From: Candidatus Omnitrophota bacterium
GTDB taxonomy: Bacteria > Omnitrophota > Gorgyraeia > B26-G9
Direction of reading: 5' to 3'
Assembly: GCA_018817165.1 (NCBI GenBank)
Contig: JAHITY010000118.1
Coordinates: forward strand, 6,526-70,525
Length of the DNA stretch: 64,000 bases
Below the pieces are notes generated by a model. The model was not told the origin of the DNA and searched no databases. It was given only the letters and a program-made list of their open reading frames with translations. Below are positions 19,397 to 28,408 of the stretch, one piece after another. The stretch's first letter is position 1. The number at the start of each line of letters is the position of its first letter. The position numbers and the translations under genes are program-made.

Positions 19397-20509
19397 ATGA
19401 AAATAAATAAAATTATAATAAAGAGAAAAGGAAGTGTTTTAGTTCTTGTGCTTTGGGCGCTTGGACTTTTAAGTGTTTTTGGTTTATACTTAGGGCTGGG
19501 CGCGAGAAGTAAAATTGATTTTTTAAGTAGAATGGAAACGCGCAGTAAAACATTGCAGATAGCTGAAGCCGGAGTAAAACAGGCTATCGCGGCAATTGGG
19601 AATATTGATAAAAAAAAATTATATCTTTATCTTAATGATATTTGTTCAACCAATAATCAATTGTTTTCAGGAGTTGTATTCGATGATGGAGTTGTTCAGC
19701 TCGGAGTTGAATACCCAGCGAATGATTATTCGAATGGGCAAAGTGACGAACAAAATATTATCTATGGGGTTTCTGATGAACAGTCGAAACTGAATATCAA
19801 TACTGCCGAACGTAAAGAATTGCTTGCTTTATTAGTTGAATCCGCTAAAATTGACTCTGATATTGCTGATCAGATAGCTAGTTCAATTATTGATTGGCGG
19901 GATGCGGATTCTCTGTCATTGGCAAACGGCGCGGAAGATAATTATTATCATGCACTGAAAAACTCTTATGAATGCAAGGATTATCAGTTTGAATCAATAG
20001 AAGAGTTGCGTTATGTCAAGGGAATGGATTATAATATATTTAAGAAAATTCAATCGTATATAACGGTGTATGGTTCAGGTTTAGTTAATATAAATACTGC
20101 GTCAAGAAATGTATTAAAAGCCTTGGGATTAAGTGATAAATTAATCGATAAAATATTGGTTTACCGCTGCGGGCAAGATGAAATAGCGGCAAACGGCGAT
20201 GATGCTGTTTTTGAAAATATCAGTTCTGTTGTTGCCAAGTTGTCTCAATCTGAGGCAGTTTCAGCCAGTGAAGTTGCCCAGTTAAGTAATCTAACTGCTT
20301 CGGGGCGGCTGACTGTTTTTTCAAATATATTTTTGATTCAAAGTCAGGCAAACTTGAAAAATAAGCAGGATATTTGCCAGATTAAATGTTTTTTTGAAAA
20401 GAACCTAGATGAAAATTATAAAAAAGCAGGTTTTATTTTAGGCTGGAGAATGAATTATCTTAAATTATCACCGGATAATCAAGTAGAAGGGGATTATGGA
20501 ACTGAGTAA
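19397..20509 (+). CDS. gspK: Minor pseudopilin GspK
   Basis: G|SVLVLVLW, DEQSKLNIN, IIDWRDAD, EELRYVKGM, VNINTA. Confidence 0.88.
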   Translation: MKINKIIIKRKGSVLVLVLWALGLLSVFGLYLGLGARSKIDFLSRMETRSKTLQIAEAGVKQAIAAIGNIDKKKLYLYLNDICSTNNQLFSGVVFDDGVVQLGVEYPANDYSNGQSDEQNIIYGVSDEQSKLNINTAERKELLALLVESAKIDSDIADQIASSIIDWRDADSLSLANGAEDNYYHALKNSYECKDYQFESIEELRYVKGMDYNIFKKIQSYITVYGSGLVNINTASRNVLKALGLSDKLIDKILVYRCGQDEIAANGDDAVFENISSVVAKLSQSEAVSASEVAQLSNLTASGRLTVFSNIFLIQSQANLKNKQDICQIKCFFEKNLDENYKKAGFILGWRMNYLKLSPDNQVEGDYGTE

Positions 20510-21935
20510 ACACAAAGATATAATTGGTATAGATTTTTCAGCAGATCAGCTTAGTATCGGCCTGATGAAAACTTTAAACAAAGAGAAAACAATTATTAAT
20601 CTAGCGCAATATTCTATTGCTGGTGTTAGTGAGGCTGAAATAGCTCAGATGATTATTAAGGCTTTTAAGGATTTTAATATTAAAAATCCTTATGTGGTCA
20701 ATGTTGTCCCCTTACATCTTACGATAACAAAAAATTTAGAAATACCATCTTTGGATGTGAAAGAGATAAAAGAAATCATTGATCTGCAGTCGGGCAGACA
20801 GACGCCTTATGCCCGAGAAGAGATTATTGTTGATTATATAAATATTGGAACTTATCGGCAGAGCTATACAAAAATTTTATTGGTAATTGTGACTAGAGCT
20901 GCGATTAAAAAGCAGTTTGATGTTATGGAAAAAGCCGGGTTGAAAATTGAAAAAATAGTTTTTGCTCCGGAAGGTGTGAGCCGGGCATGCTACAGCCAGA
21001 TTAAAAAAGAAGTAAAAGACTCTCCAGTGGTTATCGTTCATATTGATTCAGATTTTACAGATTTTATTGTTAGCCTTAAAGGCGTGCCTATTTTTACAAG
21101 AAATATTCCGATCGGAGTTAAACATATTTCTGCTGATCCGGATAAATCGGAAATAAAGTTTATTGAAGAATTAAAAAACTCCTTGGAGACTTATCAGTCA
21201 GAAGATATTGATAAAACTCCTCAACTGCTAATATTGACCGGGGCTACGGAAAAGATCGAACAATTAGAAAAGTTAGTTATTGGCGAAATCCATATTCCGA
21301 TTCAGAGCATGCCATATTTTGGGTTAATTCCCTTGTCAGCGGATTTAGCGAAGATTCCGACAATTACAAAAAAGATTTCTTTCTTTAATATCGCGGCATC
21401 CGCTTTGTTTGAAAAAAATATGAAAGTGAGTCTTATCCCGGAAGAAATAAAATTAAAGCGATCTTTTGAAGAACGAGCGCAGGAACTGATTAAGATGGGC
21501 ATTTATATAATATGCTTGATGCTTATTGCCGGAAGTTTTTTTGTGACGGAGCTTTATTTTAAAGGTCAATATCTTAAGAATCTTAAAAAGAAAAATTCAA
21601 TTACTTACGAAGAAGCTAAGATATTAGAAAAAGCTATGGAAAAAATGCGGATTGTTAAGCATTATATGGCAAATAGAGGGTATAGTTTAGAAGTTGTCGC
21701 GGCAATTTACGATATATTACCAAAAGAAATTATGCTGACAAATATAAAGATGGATACTGAGAAAAAACTGCATTTAAAAGGTACTGCCCGGGCGATGTCT
21801 AATGTGTTCACATTTGTCAGTGCTTTGGAGGCATCTGAGTATTTTAGTAATGTTAAGACTAATTATACTACTTCGCGTAAAAAAGATGATGAAGATTGGG
21901 CTGATTTTGGGATTTCCTGTGTTTTAGCAAAATAA
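20496..21935 (+). CDS. PilM-PilN fusion (GspL-like alignment protein)
   Basis: Actin-like N-terminus (IIGIDF, LILTG), a VSLIP linker, a TM helix and a PilN-like ferredoxin-fold C-terminus. Confidence 0.75.
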   Translation: MELSKHKDIIGIDFSADQLSIGLMKTLNKEKTIINLAQYSIAGVSEAEIAQMIIKAFKDFNIKNPYVVNVVPLHLTITKNLEIPSLDVKEIKEIIDLQSGRQTPYAREEIIVDYINIGTYRQSYTKILLVIVTRAAIKKQFDVMEKAGLKIEKIVFAPEGVSRACYSQIKKEVKDSPVVIVHIDSDFTDFIVSLKGVPIFTRNIPIGVKHISADPDKSEIKFIEELKNSLETYQSEDIDKTPQLLILTGATEKIEQLEKLVIGEIHIPIQSMPYFGLIPLSADLAKIPTITKKISFFNIAASALFEKNMKVSLIPEEIKLKRSFEERAQELIKMGIYIICLMLIAGSFFVTELYFKGQYLKNLKKKNSITYEEAKILEKAMEKMRIVKHYMANRGYSLEVVAAIYDILPKEIMLTNIKMDTEKKLHLKGTARAMSNVFTFVSALEASEYFSNVKTNYTTSRKKDDEDWADFGISCVLAK

Positions 21936-21964
21936 TTTAATAAAAATATATTTAGGGATCACAT

Positions 21965-22504
21965 ATGCTGCAAATTATTAGTAAACTTTCAAAAAGAGAA
22001 AAAATGGTTTTATCCGTGTCAATAGCTTTTGTATTTTTAGCTCTCTTAGACCGGGCGATACTTCATCCGATTATTGATAAAATGAAAAGCTTTGAGCAGG
22101 AAATAAAAGCGACTGAATATGAAATGACTAAGAATGTTAAAATTCTTGGGCAAAGCGCTCGCATAGAAAGGGAAGAAAAAAAGTATTCATCATATATAAA
22201 AGAAGCGGGTTCGGAAGAGGAAGAAACCGCTGGATTGTTGCGCATTGTGGAAAACCTTGCTAGTACCACTAATGTATATTTAGTTGATTTGAAGCCAGGC
22301 GGCGTAGAAATTGCTGGGAATGTAAAGAAATTTGTGATTAATGTTAGTTGTGAAGCGCAAATGCAGAAAATACTTAGCTTTATGTATGAAATAGAAAGTT
22401 CCGATGTTTTAATGCATATTGCAGCTTTTAGCATGAATCCAAAATCTAAGGACTCAGATATAAACCGTTGCGAATTTCTATTGAATAAAATAGTGATCCA
22501 ATAA
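21965..22504 (+). CDS. PilO/GspM-like protein
   Basis: LSKREK followed by a TM helix, coiled coil and ferredoxin-like domain; follows PilMN. Confidence 0.7.
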   Translation: MLQIISKLSKREKMVLSVSIAFVFLALLDRAILHPIIDKMKSFEQEIKATEYEMTKNVKILGQSARIEREEKKYSSYIKEAGSEEEETAGLLRIVENLASTTNVYLVDLKPGGVEIAGNVKKFVINVSCEAQMQKILSFMYEIESSDVLMHIAAFSMNPKSKDSDINRCEFLLNKIVIQ

Positions 22505-22507
22505 TTA

Positions 22508-22598
22508 GTATTGCGTATCGCGTATCGCGTATTGAGTATGAAACAAAAGCAAAAAATAGTTATTTTTACGCAATACGCATGACTCAAGACTCAATACT
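22508..22598. repeat. Heptamer tandem repeat GTAT(C/T)GC with an inverted degenerate partner
   Basis: GTATTGC GTATCGC GTATCGC GTATTGA GTAT at 22508-22539; complementary ACGCAATACGC and ACTCAATACT within 22568-22598. Confidence 0.7.
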
Positions 22599-22759
22599 GA
22601 ACATAAAGGCGCAAGTTCGTAAAGTTGAAAGTTCATAAAGTAAAAGCAGTTACAAATTAAAGGTTTTGAGTTTTTTAGAAATTAGTGCAATTAGAAATTT
22701 GTTTTCTGTCTTCTGTTTTCAGTTATCCTAATCGCTATCCGCTGTTTCAATCTGTCTGG

Positions 22760-22788
22760 TTGCAATATATGGGGCTTAATGATATAAT
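22760..22788 (+). promoter_or_regulatory. Sigma70 promoter for pgk
   Basis: TTGCAA-N17-TATAAT with TGn extension. Confidence 0.7.
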
Positions 22789-22825
22789 AATTTGTTAAAT
22801 ATTGAACATAAGGGGAGGATACATA

Positions 22826-24010
22826 ATGAATAAAATGACAGTGAAAGATATTGATTTAAAAGATAAGAAAATCCTTATGCGAGCTGATTTTAATGTTCCT
22901 TTGGATGAAAATTGCAATATTACTGATGATTTGCGGATTGTCTCGGCTTTACCGACAATTAAATATTGTCTAGAGCAAGGGGCGGCAAAAATTATTTTGA
23001 TCAGTCATTTAGGCCGGCCCAAGGGGCAGGTTGTGGCTAAGATGAGTTTAAAACCAGTTGCCGTAAGACTGGAAAAACTTCTGGGCATGCCAATTAAGAT
23101 GTTGGATGATTGTGTGGGCGAATCAGTTAAAAGGGCAATTAGTCAATCAAGTGAAAAAGTGGTTTTATTAGAAAATTTAAGGTTTTATGCTCAGGAAACG
23201 AAAAATGAGCCGGTTTTTGCTCAGCAGTTAGCGGAATTAGGTCAGGTTTTTGTTAATGATGCTTTTGGTACAGCGCATCGCGCTCATGCATCAACTGAGG
23301 GTGTTACGCATTATCTGCCGGCAGTTGCCGGGTTTCTCTTGGAAAAAGAAATGGCTTATTTGGGCAAGGTAGTAGAAAATCCGGAAAGACCATTAGTAAC
23401 AATTCTCGGCGGAGCAAAAGTTTCCGATAAAATTAAAATGATTGAAAATATGATGGATAAAGTGGATTGTTTTTTAATCGGCGGGGGCATGGCATATACT
23501 TTTTTAAAGGCACAAGGTAAAGAAATCGGCGACTCTAAATTGGAAGCAGATAAAGTTGATTTGGCTAAAACAATTTTAGAAAAAGCAAAAGAAAATAATG
23601 TTGATTTTGTTTTACCGATCGACCATAAAGTAGCTGATAAGTTTGATGCTCAAGCAGCGGTGCAATATGTTGGCGAAGAAATCCCGAAAGGTTGGATGGG
23701 TTTAGATATTGGTCCGAAAACCATAGAATTGTTTAAACAAAAACTGAAAACAGCTAAAACAATTGTCTGGAATGGTCCGGTTGGGGTTTTCGAAATGGAG
23801 GCTTTTTCCAAAGGCACAGAGGCCTTGGCGCGGTATATTGCAACATTGCCAGCAACCAGTATTATTGGTGGTGGTGATACGGCTAGCGCAGTGAGAAAAT
23901 TTGATGTTGTAAATAAAATGAGTCATGTTTCAACTGGCGGTGGAGCCAGTCTAGAGTTATTGGAAGGCTTGGAATTACCGGGAATTGCCGCTTTAAAAAA
24001 CAGAACATAA
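22826..24010 (+). CDS. pgk: Phosphoglycerate kinase
   Basis: RADFNVP, SHLGRP, LLENLRF, NDAFGTAHRAHAS, HVSTGGGASLE; GGAGG RBS before the ATG at 22826. Confidence 0.98.
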   Translation: MNKMTVKDIDLKDKKILMRADFNVPLDENCNITDDLRIVSALPTIKYCLEQGAAKIILISHLGRPKGQVVAKMSLKPVAVRLEKLLGMPIKMLDDCVGESVKRAISQSSEKVVLLENLRFYAQETKNEPVFAQQLAELGQVFVNDAFGTAHRAHASTEGVTHYLPAVAGFLLEKEMAYLGKVVENPERPLVTILGGAKVSDKIKMIENMMDKVDCFLIGGGMAYTFLKAQGKEIGDSKLEADKVDLAKTILEKAKENNVDFVLPIDHKVADKFDAQAAVQYVGEEIPKGWMGLDIGPKTIELFKQKLKTAKTIVWNGPVGVFEMEAFSKGTEALARYIATLPATSIIGGGDTASAVRKFDVVNKMSHVSTGGGASLELLEGLELPGIAALKNRT

Positions 24011-24019
24011 GGTATTAAA

Positions 24020-24478
24020 TTGAAAATAAAAAATAATTATTTAGGATTTACCTTAATGGAAATGCTTGCGGTAATAGCGATAATTTCTGTTTTAATGGGT
24101 ATAATTTTAAGTGGCGGTAATCAAGCAAAGCAAAGAGCCCGGATATATAAAACTAGAGCAATGATTGCTTCTTTGGAAACGGCTTTAGCCCTATATCATA
24201 CTGATTTCGGTGCTTATCCCGCAGCTGGAAATCAAAGTATGGTTAATGATTTGGCAGATGTTGCTGCTAATTCTTCAAATGCTGACTGGCATGGGCCGTA
24301 TATGTCATTTAAAGCAGCAGATCTTAATGGCCCTATTACTACAGGAACAGTAATTGATGCTTGGGGTAATGATTATGTGTATAATAATCCGCATCCTTTA
24401 GGCGCTATTCCACCATATGAAATAAGATCTCTAGGCCCTGATGCTTTAGATGCCGCTGATGATATAAGTAATTTGTAA
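24020..24478 (+). CDS. Type IV pilin / GspG-like pseudopilin
   Basis: G|FTLMEML, WHGPYM, DAWG, SLGPD. Confidence 0.85.
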   Translation: MKIKNNYLGFTLMEMLAVIAIISVLMGIILSGGNQAKQRARIYKTRAMIASLETALALYHTDFGAYPAAGNQSMVNDLADVAANSSNADWHGPYMSFKAADLNGPITTGTVIDAWGNDYVYNNPHPLGAIPPYEIRSLGPDALDAADDISNL

Positions 24479-24505
24479 GTAGTAAACGGATTAAAGGCCT
24501 ATAAT

Positions 24506-24611
24506 AATAATGATTCCGAAAGTGTCTGCTAGGCCGCAGCCATTTCGGACTAAATTCGCGCAGGTTGACTTGACGTCGTGAAGAACACTCCGTAAGTCAT
24601 GCGCTCATTTA
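24506..24611. repeat. Structured repeat family A, copy 3, abutting the tpiA RBS
   Basis: ATGATTCCGAAAGTGTCTGCTAGGCCGCAG...GGACTAAATTCGCGC...GCGCTCATTT, directly followed by AAGGAG. Confidence 0.9.
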
Positions 24612-24622
24612 AGGAGAATATA

Positions 24623-25387
24623 ATGCGTAAACCGATTATCGCTGGTAACTGGAAGATGAATAAAACAATAACTGAATCTTTGGATCTTGTCCGCCAACTT
24701 AGCATAGAATTGAAAGATGTTAAAGATGTCGATATACTGGTTTGTCCAGTATTTACAGCGCTGCATAGTGTTAGCCAGGCGGTTGACGGGTCTAATATAA
24801 AAATGGGAGCGCAGAATCTATTTTGGGAGGAAAAAGGGGCTTTTACCGGAGAAGTATCAGCTTTGATGTTAAAAGATACGCATTGCGAATATGTTATTCT
24901 TGGTCATTCGGAAAGACGAAGTATTTTTAAAGAAACTAATGAACATGTAAATAAAAAAATAAAAGCCGCGTTAAAAGCGGACTTATTACCTATTCTTTGT
25001 GTCGGAGAAAGACTTCAGGAACGCGAAGATGATAAGACTTATGATGTTATTACTGAACAAATCAAAGGTTCCTTAGCAGATATTAGCGCGGATGAACTGA
25101 AGAATATTATTATTGCCTATGAACCTGTTTGGGCAATTGGTACTGGAAAAGTTGCCAGTCCTGAACAAGCACAAGCCGTACATGCTTTTATCAGAAAACT
25201 TATATCTGATAATTTTGGTCAGGATACTGCCGAGAGTTTGCGGATTCAATACGGCGGGAGTGTAAAACCAGATAATATTAAAGTGTTGATTAATCAGCCT
25301 GACATTGATGGCGCTTTAGTTGGTGGAGCAAGTTTAAAAGCAGAAGATTTTATCCAATTAGTCTTAGCTTGTTCAATCCAGGATTAG
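24623..25387 (+). CDS. tpiA: Triosephosphate isomerase
   Basis: AGNWKMN, GHSERR, AYEPVWAIGTG, YGGSV, LVGGASL. Confidence 0.98.
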   Translation: MRKPIIAGNWKMNKTITESLDLVRQLSIELKDVKDVDILVCPVFTALHSVSQAVDGSNIKMGAQNLFWEEKGAFTGEVSALMLKDTHCEYVILGHSERRSIFKETNEHVNKKIKAALKADLLPILCVGERLQEREDDKTYDVITEQIKGSLADISADELKNIIIAYEPVWAIGTGKVASPEQAQAVHAFIRKLISDNFGQDTAESLRIQYGGSVKPDNIKVLINQPDIDGALVGGASLKAEDFIQLVLACSIQD

Positions 25388-25489
25388 CCAGATTAAACGG
25401 GATAAAGCCTAGCGATTAATTAAAATTGATTGTTAAATGTAATTGCTCAGCCATAATTTGAATCAGTGATTTTCTCTACTGGGGTAAAA

Positions 25490-27142
25490 ATGCTGAATAA
25501 ACAAAAAATATTAAGCGAATTTCTTGAAGCTAAAGGGATCGCTAATTCTGTACAACTTGAGCAAGCTAGGCAAATTCAACAGCGTGTGCAGAAACGTATT
25601 GACCATATCCTTAAAGATTTAGGCGTTAGCTATGACGATAATCTGTCTCAACTGATTATCGAAGAACTTGGGCTTGCTTATGTTGACGGACTAAATTATT
25701 CTTTTGAAAAAAAACTAATAGAACTGTTTAATCCCTTCTTTGCAAAACGTTTTAGAATTATTCCTCTTAAATTAGAATCAGATAAAATCTTAGTAGGTTT
25801 AGATGATCCGATAAATTTTTTGTCATTAGATTATTTTTCCGAAACCGTAGGCTTTATTGTGGAAGCGGAACTTATAACAAAAAAAGATATGGATTATCTG
25901 CTAAAAACTCATTATCAATCTGAAGAAGATGTTGCGCTTACTGACAATGGTTTGGTTGGATCTGAAGCAAATCTTCCGGAGGATGATGCTCCTGTTATTC
26001 AGTTAGTTAGTATGTTAATTTCTGATGCTTATGAAAAAAGAGCAAGCGATATTCATATTGAGCCTATGACTGATTCTTTAAGAATCCGCTATCGGATTGA
26101 TGGTATCTTAAGACAAGTGGAATCTCCAGAGAAAAATTTACAAGCTTCGATAATTAGCAGAATTAAATTAATGGCTGGTTTGAATATTGCTGAGAAAAGA
26201 TTGCCTCAAGATGGCAGGATCAGAACTGTGGTAAATAATAAGGAATTTGATTTAAGAATTTCAACCCTTCCTGCTCATTATGGGGAAAGTGTGGTATTGC
26301 GTATCCTAGATCGCCGAGTTATCAGAATTGAAGAAATGGGTTTTTCTTTGGCTCAGATAGAGAGTTTTAAAAACATTGTAAAAATGCCAAATGGAATAAT
26401 CCTTGTAACTGGCCCTACTGGCAGCGGGAAAAGCACAACTCTTTATGGGGTTTTAAATAGTATTAATCGCGCCAAGAAAAAAATATTAACAGTTGAAGAT
26501 CCGGTTGAGTATCAGATAAGCGGAATAAATCAGGTACAGGTAAAAACAAAAATCGGATTAACTTTCCCCATAGTATTAAGATCGATGTTACGACAAGCTC
26601 CGGATATTATAATGGTTGGAGAAATTCGGGATCTTGAGACGGCTAAAATTGCGGTGCAGTCTGCGCTTACTGGACATCTGATTTTTAGTACATTGCATAC
26701 AAATGACGCGCCAAGTGCGGTAGCGAGAATTGTTGATATGGGAATAAAGCCATATCTTGTCGGAGCTACTTTGCAGGCTATTTTGGCTCAGCGTTTGATT
26801 CGGTTGCTTTGTCCGGATTGTAAGCAATCTTATAAGCCGCCTAAAGATGAAATTAGAATTTTAGAAATTAAACCAAATAGTGAGATCGAAATTTTTAAAG
26901 CTGGGGGTTGCCCGCTTTGTGCTCATACCGGATATTTGGGGCGTACAGGTATTTTTGAGCTCTTAATGATTGATGAAAAAATCAGACGTTTAGCTGGTGA
27001 GCATGTATCGAGCAGTGTTATCAGGGAGCAGGCCAGAGCATCAGGGATGACTACATTAAAAGAGCATGCTCGGGATAAAGTGTTGGAGGGCTTAACCACC
27101 TTTCAGGAACTTGTTAGAGTTACTCAGAGCGATGTGGATTGA
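25490..27142 (+). CDS. pilB: PilB/GspE-family ATPase
   Basis: ASDIHIEP, GPTGSGKST, RQAPDIIMVGEIRD and a tetracysteine motif. Confidence 0.9.
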   Translation: MLNKQKILSEFLEAKGIANSVQLEQARQIQQRVQKRIDHILKDLGVSYDDNLSQLIIEELGLAYVDGLNYSFEKKLIELFNPFFAKRFRIIPLKLESDKILVGLDDPINFLSLDYFSETVGFIVEAELITKKDMDYLLKTHYQSEEDVALTDNGLVGSEANLPEDDAPVIQLVSMLISDAYEKRASDIHIEPMTDSLRIRYRIDGILRQVESPEKNLQASIISRIKLMAGLNIAEKRLPQDGRIRTVVNNKEFDLRISTLPAHYGESVVLRILDRRVIRIEEMGFSLAQIESFKNIVKMPNGIILVTGPTGSGKSTTLYGVLNSINRAKKKILTVEDPVEYQISGINQVQVKTKIGLTFPIVLRSMLRQAPDIIMVGEIRDLETAKIAVQSALTGHLIFSTLHTNDAPSAVARIVDMGIKPYLVGATLQAILAQRLIRLLCPDCKQSYKPPKDEIRILEIKPNSEIEIFKAGGCPLCAHTGYLGRTGIFELLMIDEKIRRLAGEHVSSSVIREQARASGMTTLKEHARDKVLEGLTTFQELVRVTQSDVD

Positions 27143-27173
27143 ACAGAGAACAGATAGAGCGGAAAGGGTAGTC

Positions 27174-27278
27174 GGTGACGAAGCCCGTATCGGTAACGGT
27201 CACGGTTAAAAATAATGAATTTTAAGCCGAAAGACGTTGCCCTAAAACGAAACGGGTATCGTAACCTTAACCATAACC
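27174..27278. repeat. Structured repeat family B, copy 3
   Basis: GGTGACGAAGCCCGTATCG ... CGAAACGGGTATCGTAACC, then a TAACC hexamer tail. Confidence 0.85.
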
Positions 27279-27303
27279 TTTTAAAAATGAAGGGGGTGAA
27301 AAC

Positions 27304-28368
27304 ATGGTAGATATTGGAGAACTATTACAGCTATGTGTTAAGCATAATGCTTCGGATTTGCATTTAACTGTAGGTAAACCGCCAACGCTGCGCATTGACG
27401 GATCATTGATGTCTTTAAATTATGAACCGCTGGGGCATGAAGAAACTGAGGGATTGATGAAGTCACTGACCAGTAATGATAATCAGCGGCGGATTCAGGA
27501 AGTGGGGGGAGTTGATTTTGGTTTTGCGTTTGAAAAAATAGCCAGATTCCGTGTGTCTGTTTATAAACAAAAAGGACATTATGGTTTGACTTTGCGTCTA
27601 ATTCCCACTCATTTGCTTAGCTTTCAAGAAATTGGAGTTAGCGATGTGGTCAAGCAGTTGCTTTATCGTCCTCGGGGCTTAATTTTAGTTACCGGACCTA
27701 CAGGGTCTGGAAAAACCACAACTTTAGCAACAATGACGGATTTTATAAATACTGAGCGCGATGCGCATATTATTACAATAGAAGATCCAATAGAATATTA
27801 TCATACGCATAAAAAAGGGATTATTACGCAAAGAGAATTAGGCGTAGATGTGCCTAGTTTTAGTGAAGCCTTGATAAAAGGCTTGCGTCAAAATCCTGAT
27901 GTAATCCTAGTTGGTGAAATGCGGGACTTAGCAACTATTGAAGCGGCAATTTTAGCTGCGGAGACAGGCCATTTGGTTTTGGCGACTTTACATACAACCA
28001 GCGCGGCAAGAACTGTAGACAGAATCATTGATGTTTTTCCTCCTAATCAACAAGAACAGATAAGGACACAGTTATCTACTTCAATATTAGCGGTAATTTC
28101 GCAGCAATTAATTCCTAAAGCTTCTGGCCGAGGTCGAATCGCGGCTTTTGAGCTGATGATTAATACATCTTCGATTCAAAATCTTATTAGAGAAAAGAAA
28201 ACATATAGAATTACTTCTGATTTGCAGACTGGGGCAAAATATGGTATGAAGACATTTGATTCTTCTTTATATGAATTATATTCAAATGGCACAATTCGCT
28301 CAGAAGATGCGATTGATAAGGCATTTGACCAAGATGCTATGCGAGCAAAAGTCGAAGGCAAACTATAA
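27304..28368 (+). CDS. pilT: Type IV pilus retraction ATPase PilT
   Basis: [39 protein letters not shown] (AIRNLIRE motif). Confidence 0.95.
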   Translation: MVDIGELLQLCVKHNASDLHLTVGKPPTLRIDGSLMSLNYEPLGHEETEGLMKSLTSNDNQRRIQEVGGVDFGFAFEKIARFRVSVYKQKGHYGLTLRLIPTHLLSFQEIGVSDVVKQLLYRPRGLILVTGPTGSGKTTTLATMTDFINTERDAHIITIEDPIEYYHTHKKGIITQRELGVDVPSFSEALIKGLRQNPDVILVGEMRDLATIEAAILAAETGHLVLATLHTTSAARTVDRIIDVFPPNQQEQIRTQLSTSILAVISQQLIPKASGRGRIAAFELMINTSSIQNLIREKKTYRITSDLQTGAKYGMKTFDSSLYELYSNGTIRSEDAIDKAFDQDAMRAKVEGKL

Positions 28369-28408
28369 GAAAATTGTTTGTAAATCCAGGTTTATTTAGG
28401 AATCAACT

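Noticed and set aside
22063-22587. 174-aa minus-strand ORF
   Set aside because: Antisense to the PilO-like gene, and its start lies in the heptamer repeat.
24506-24611. Family A minus strand as a hammerhead ribozyme or kink-turn (TGA-G...C-GAA)
   Set aside because: The CUGANGA and GAAA cores are absent, and the flanks pair directly (TAAAT/ATTTA) with no 3-nt bulge.
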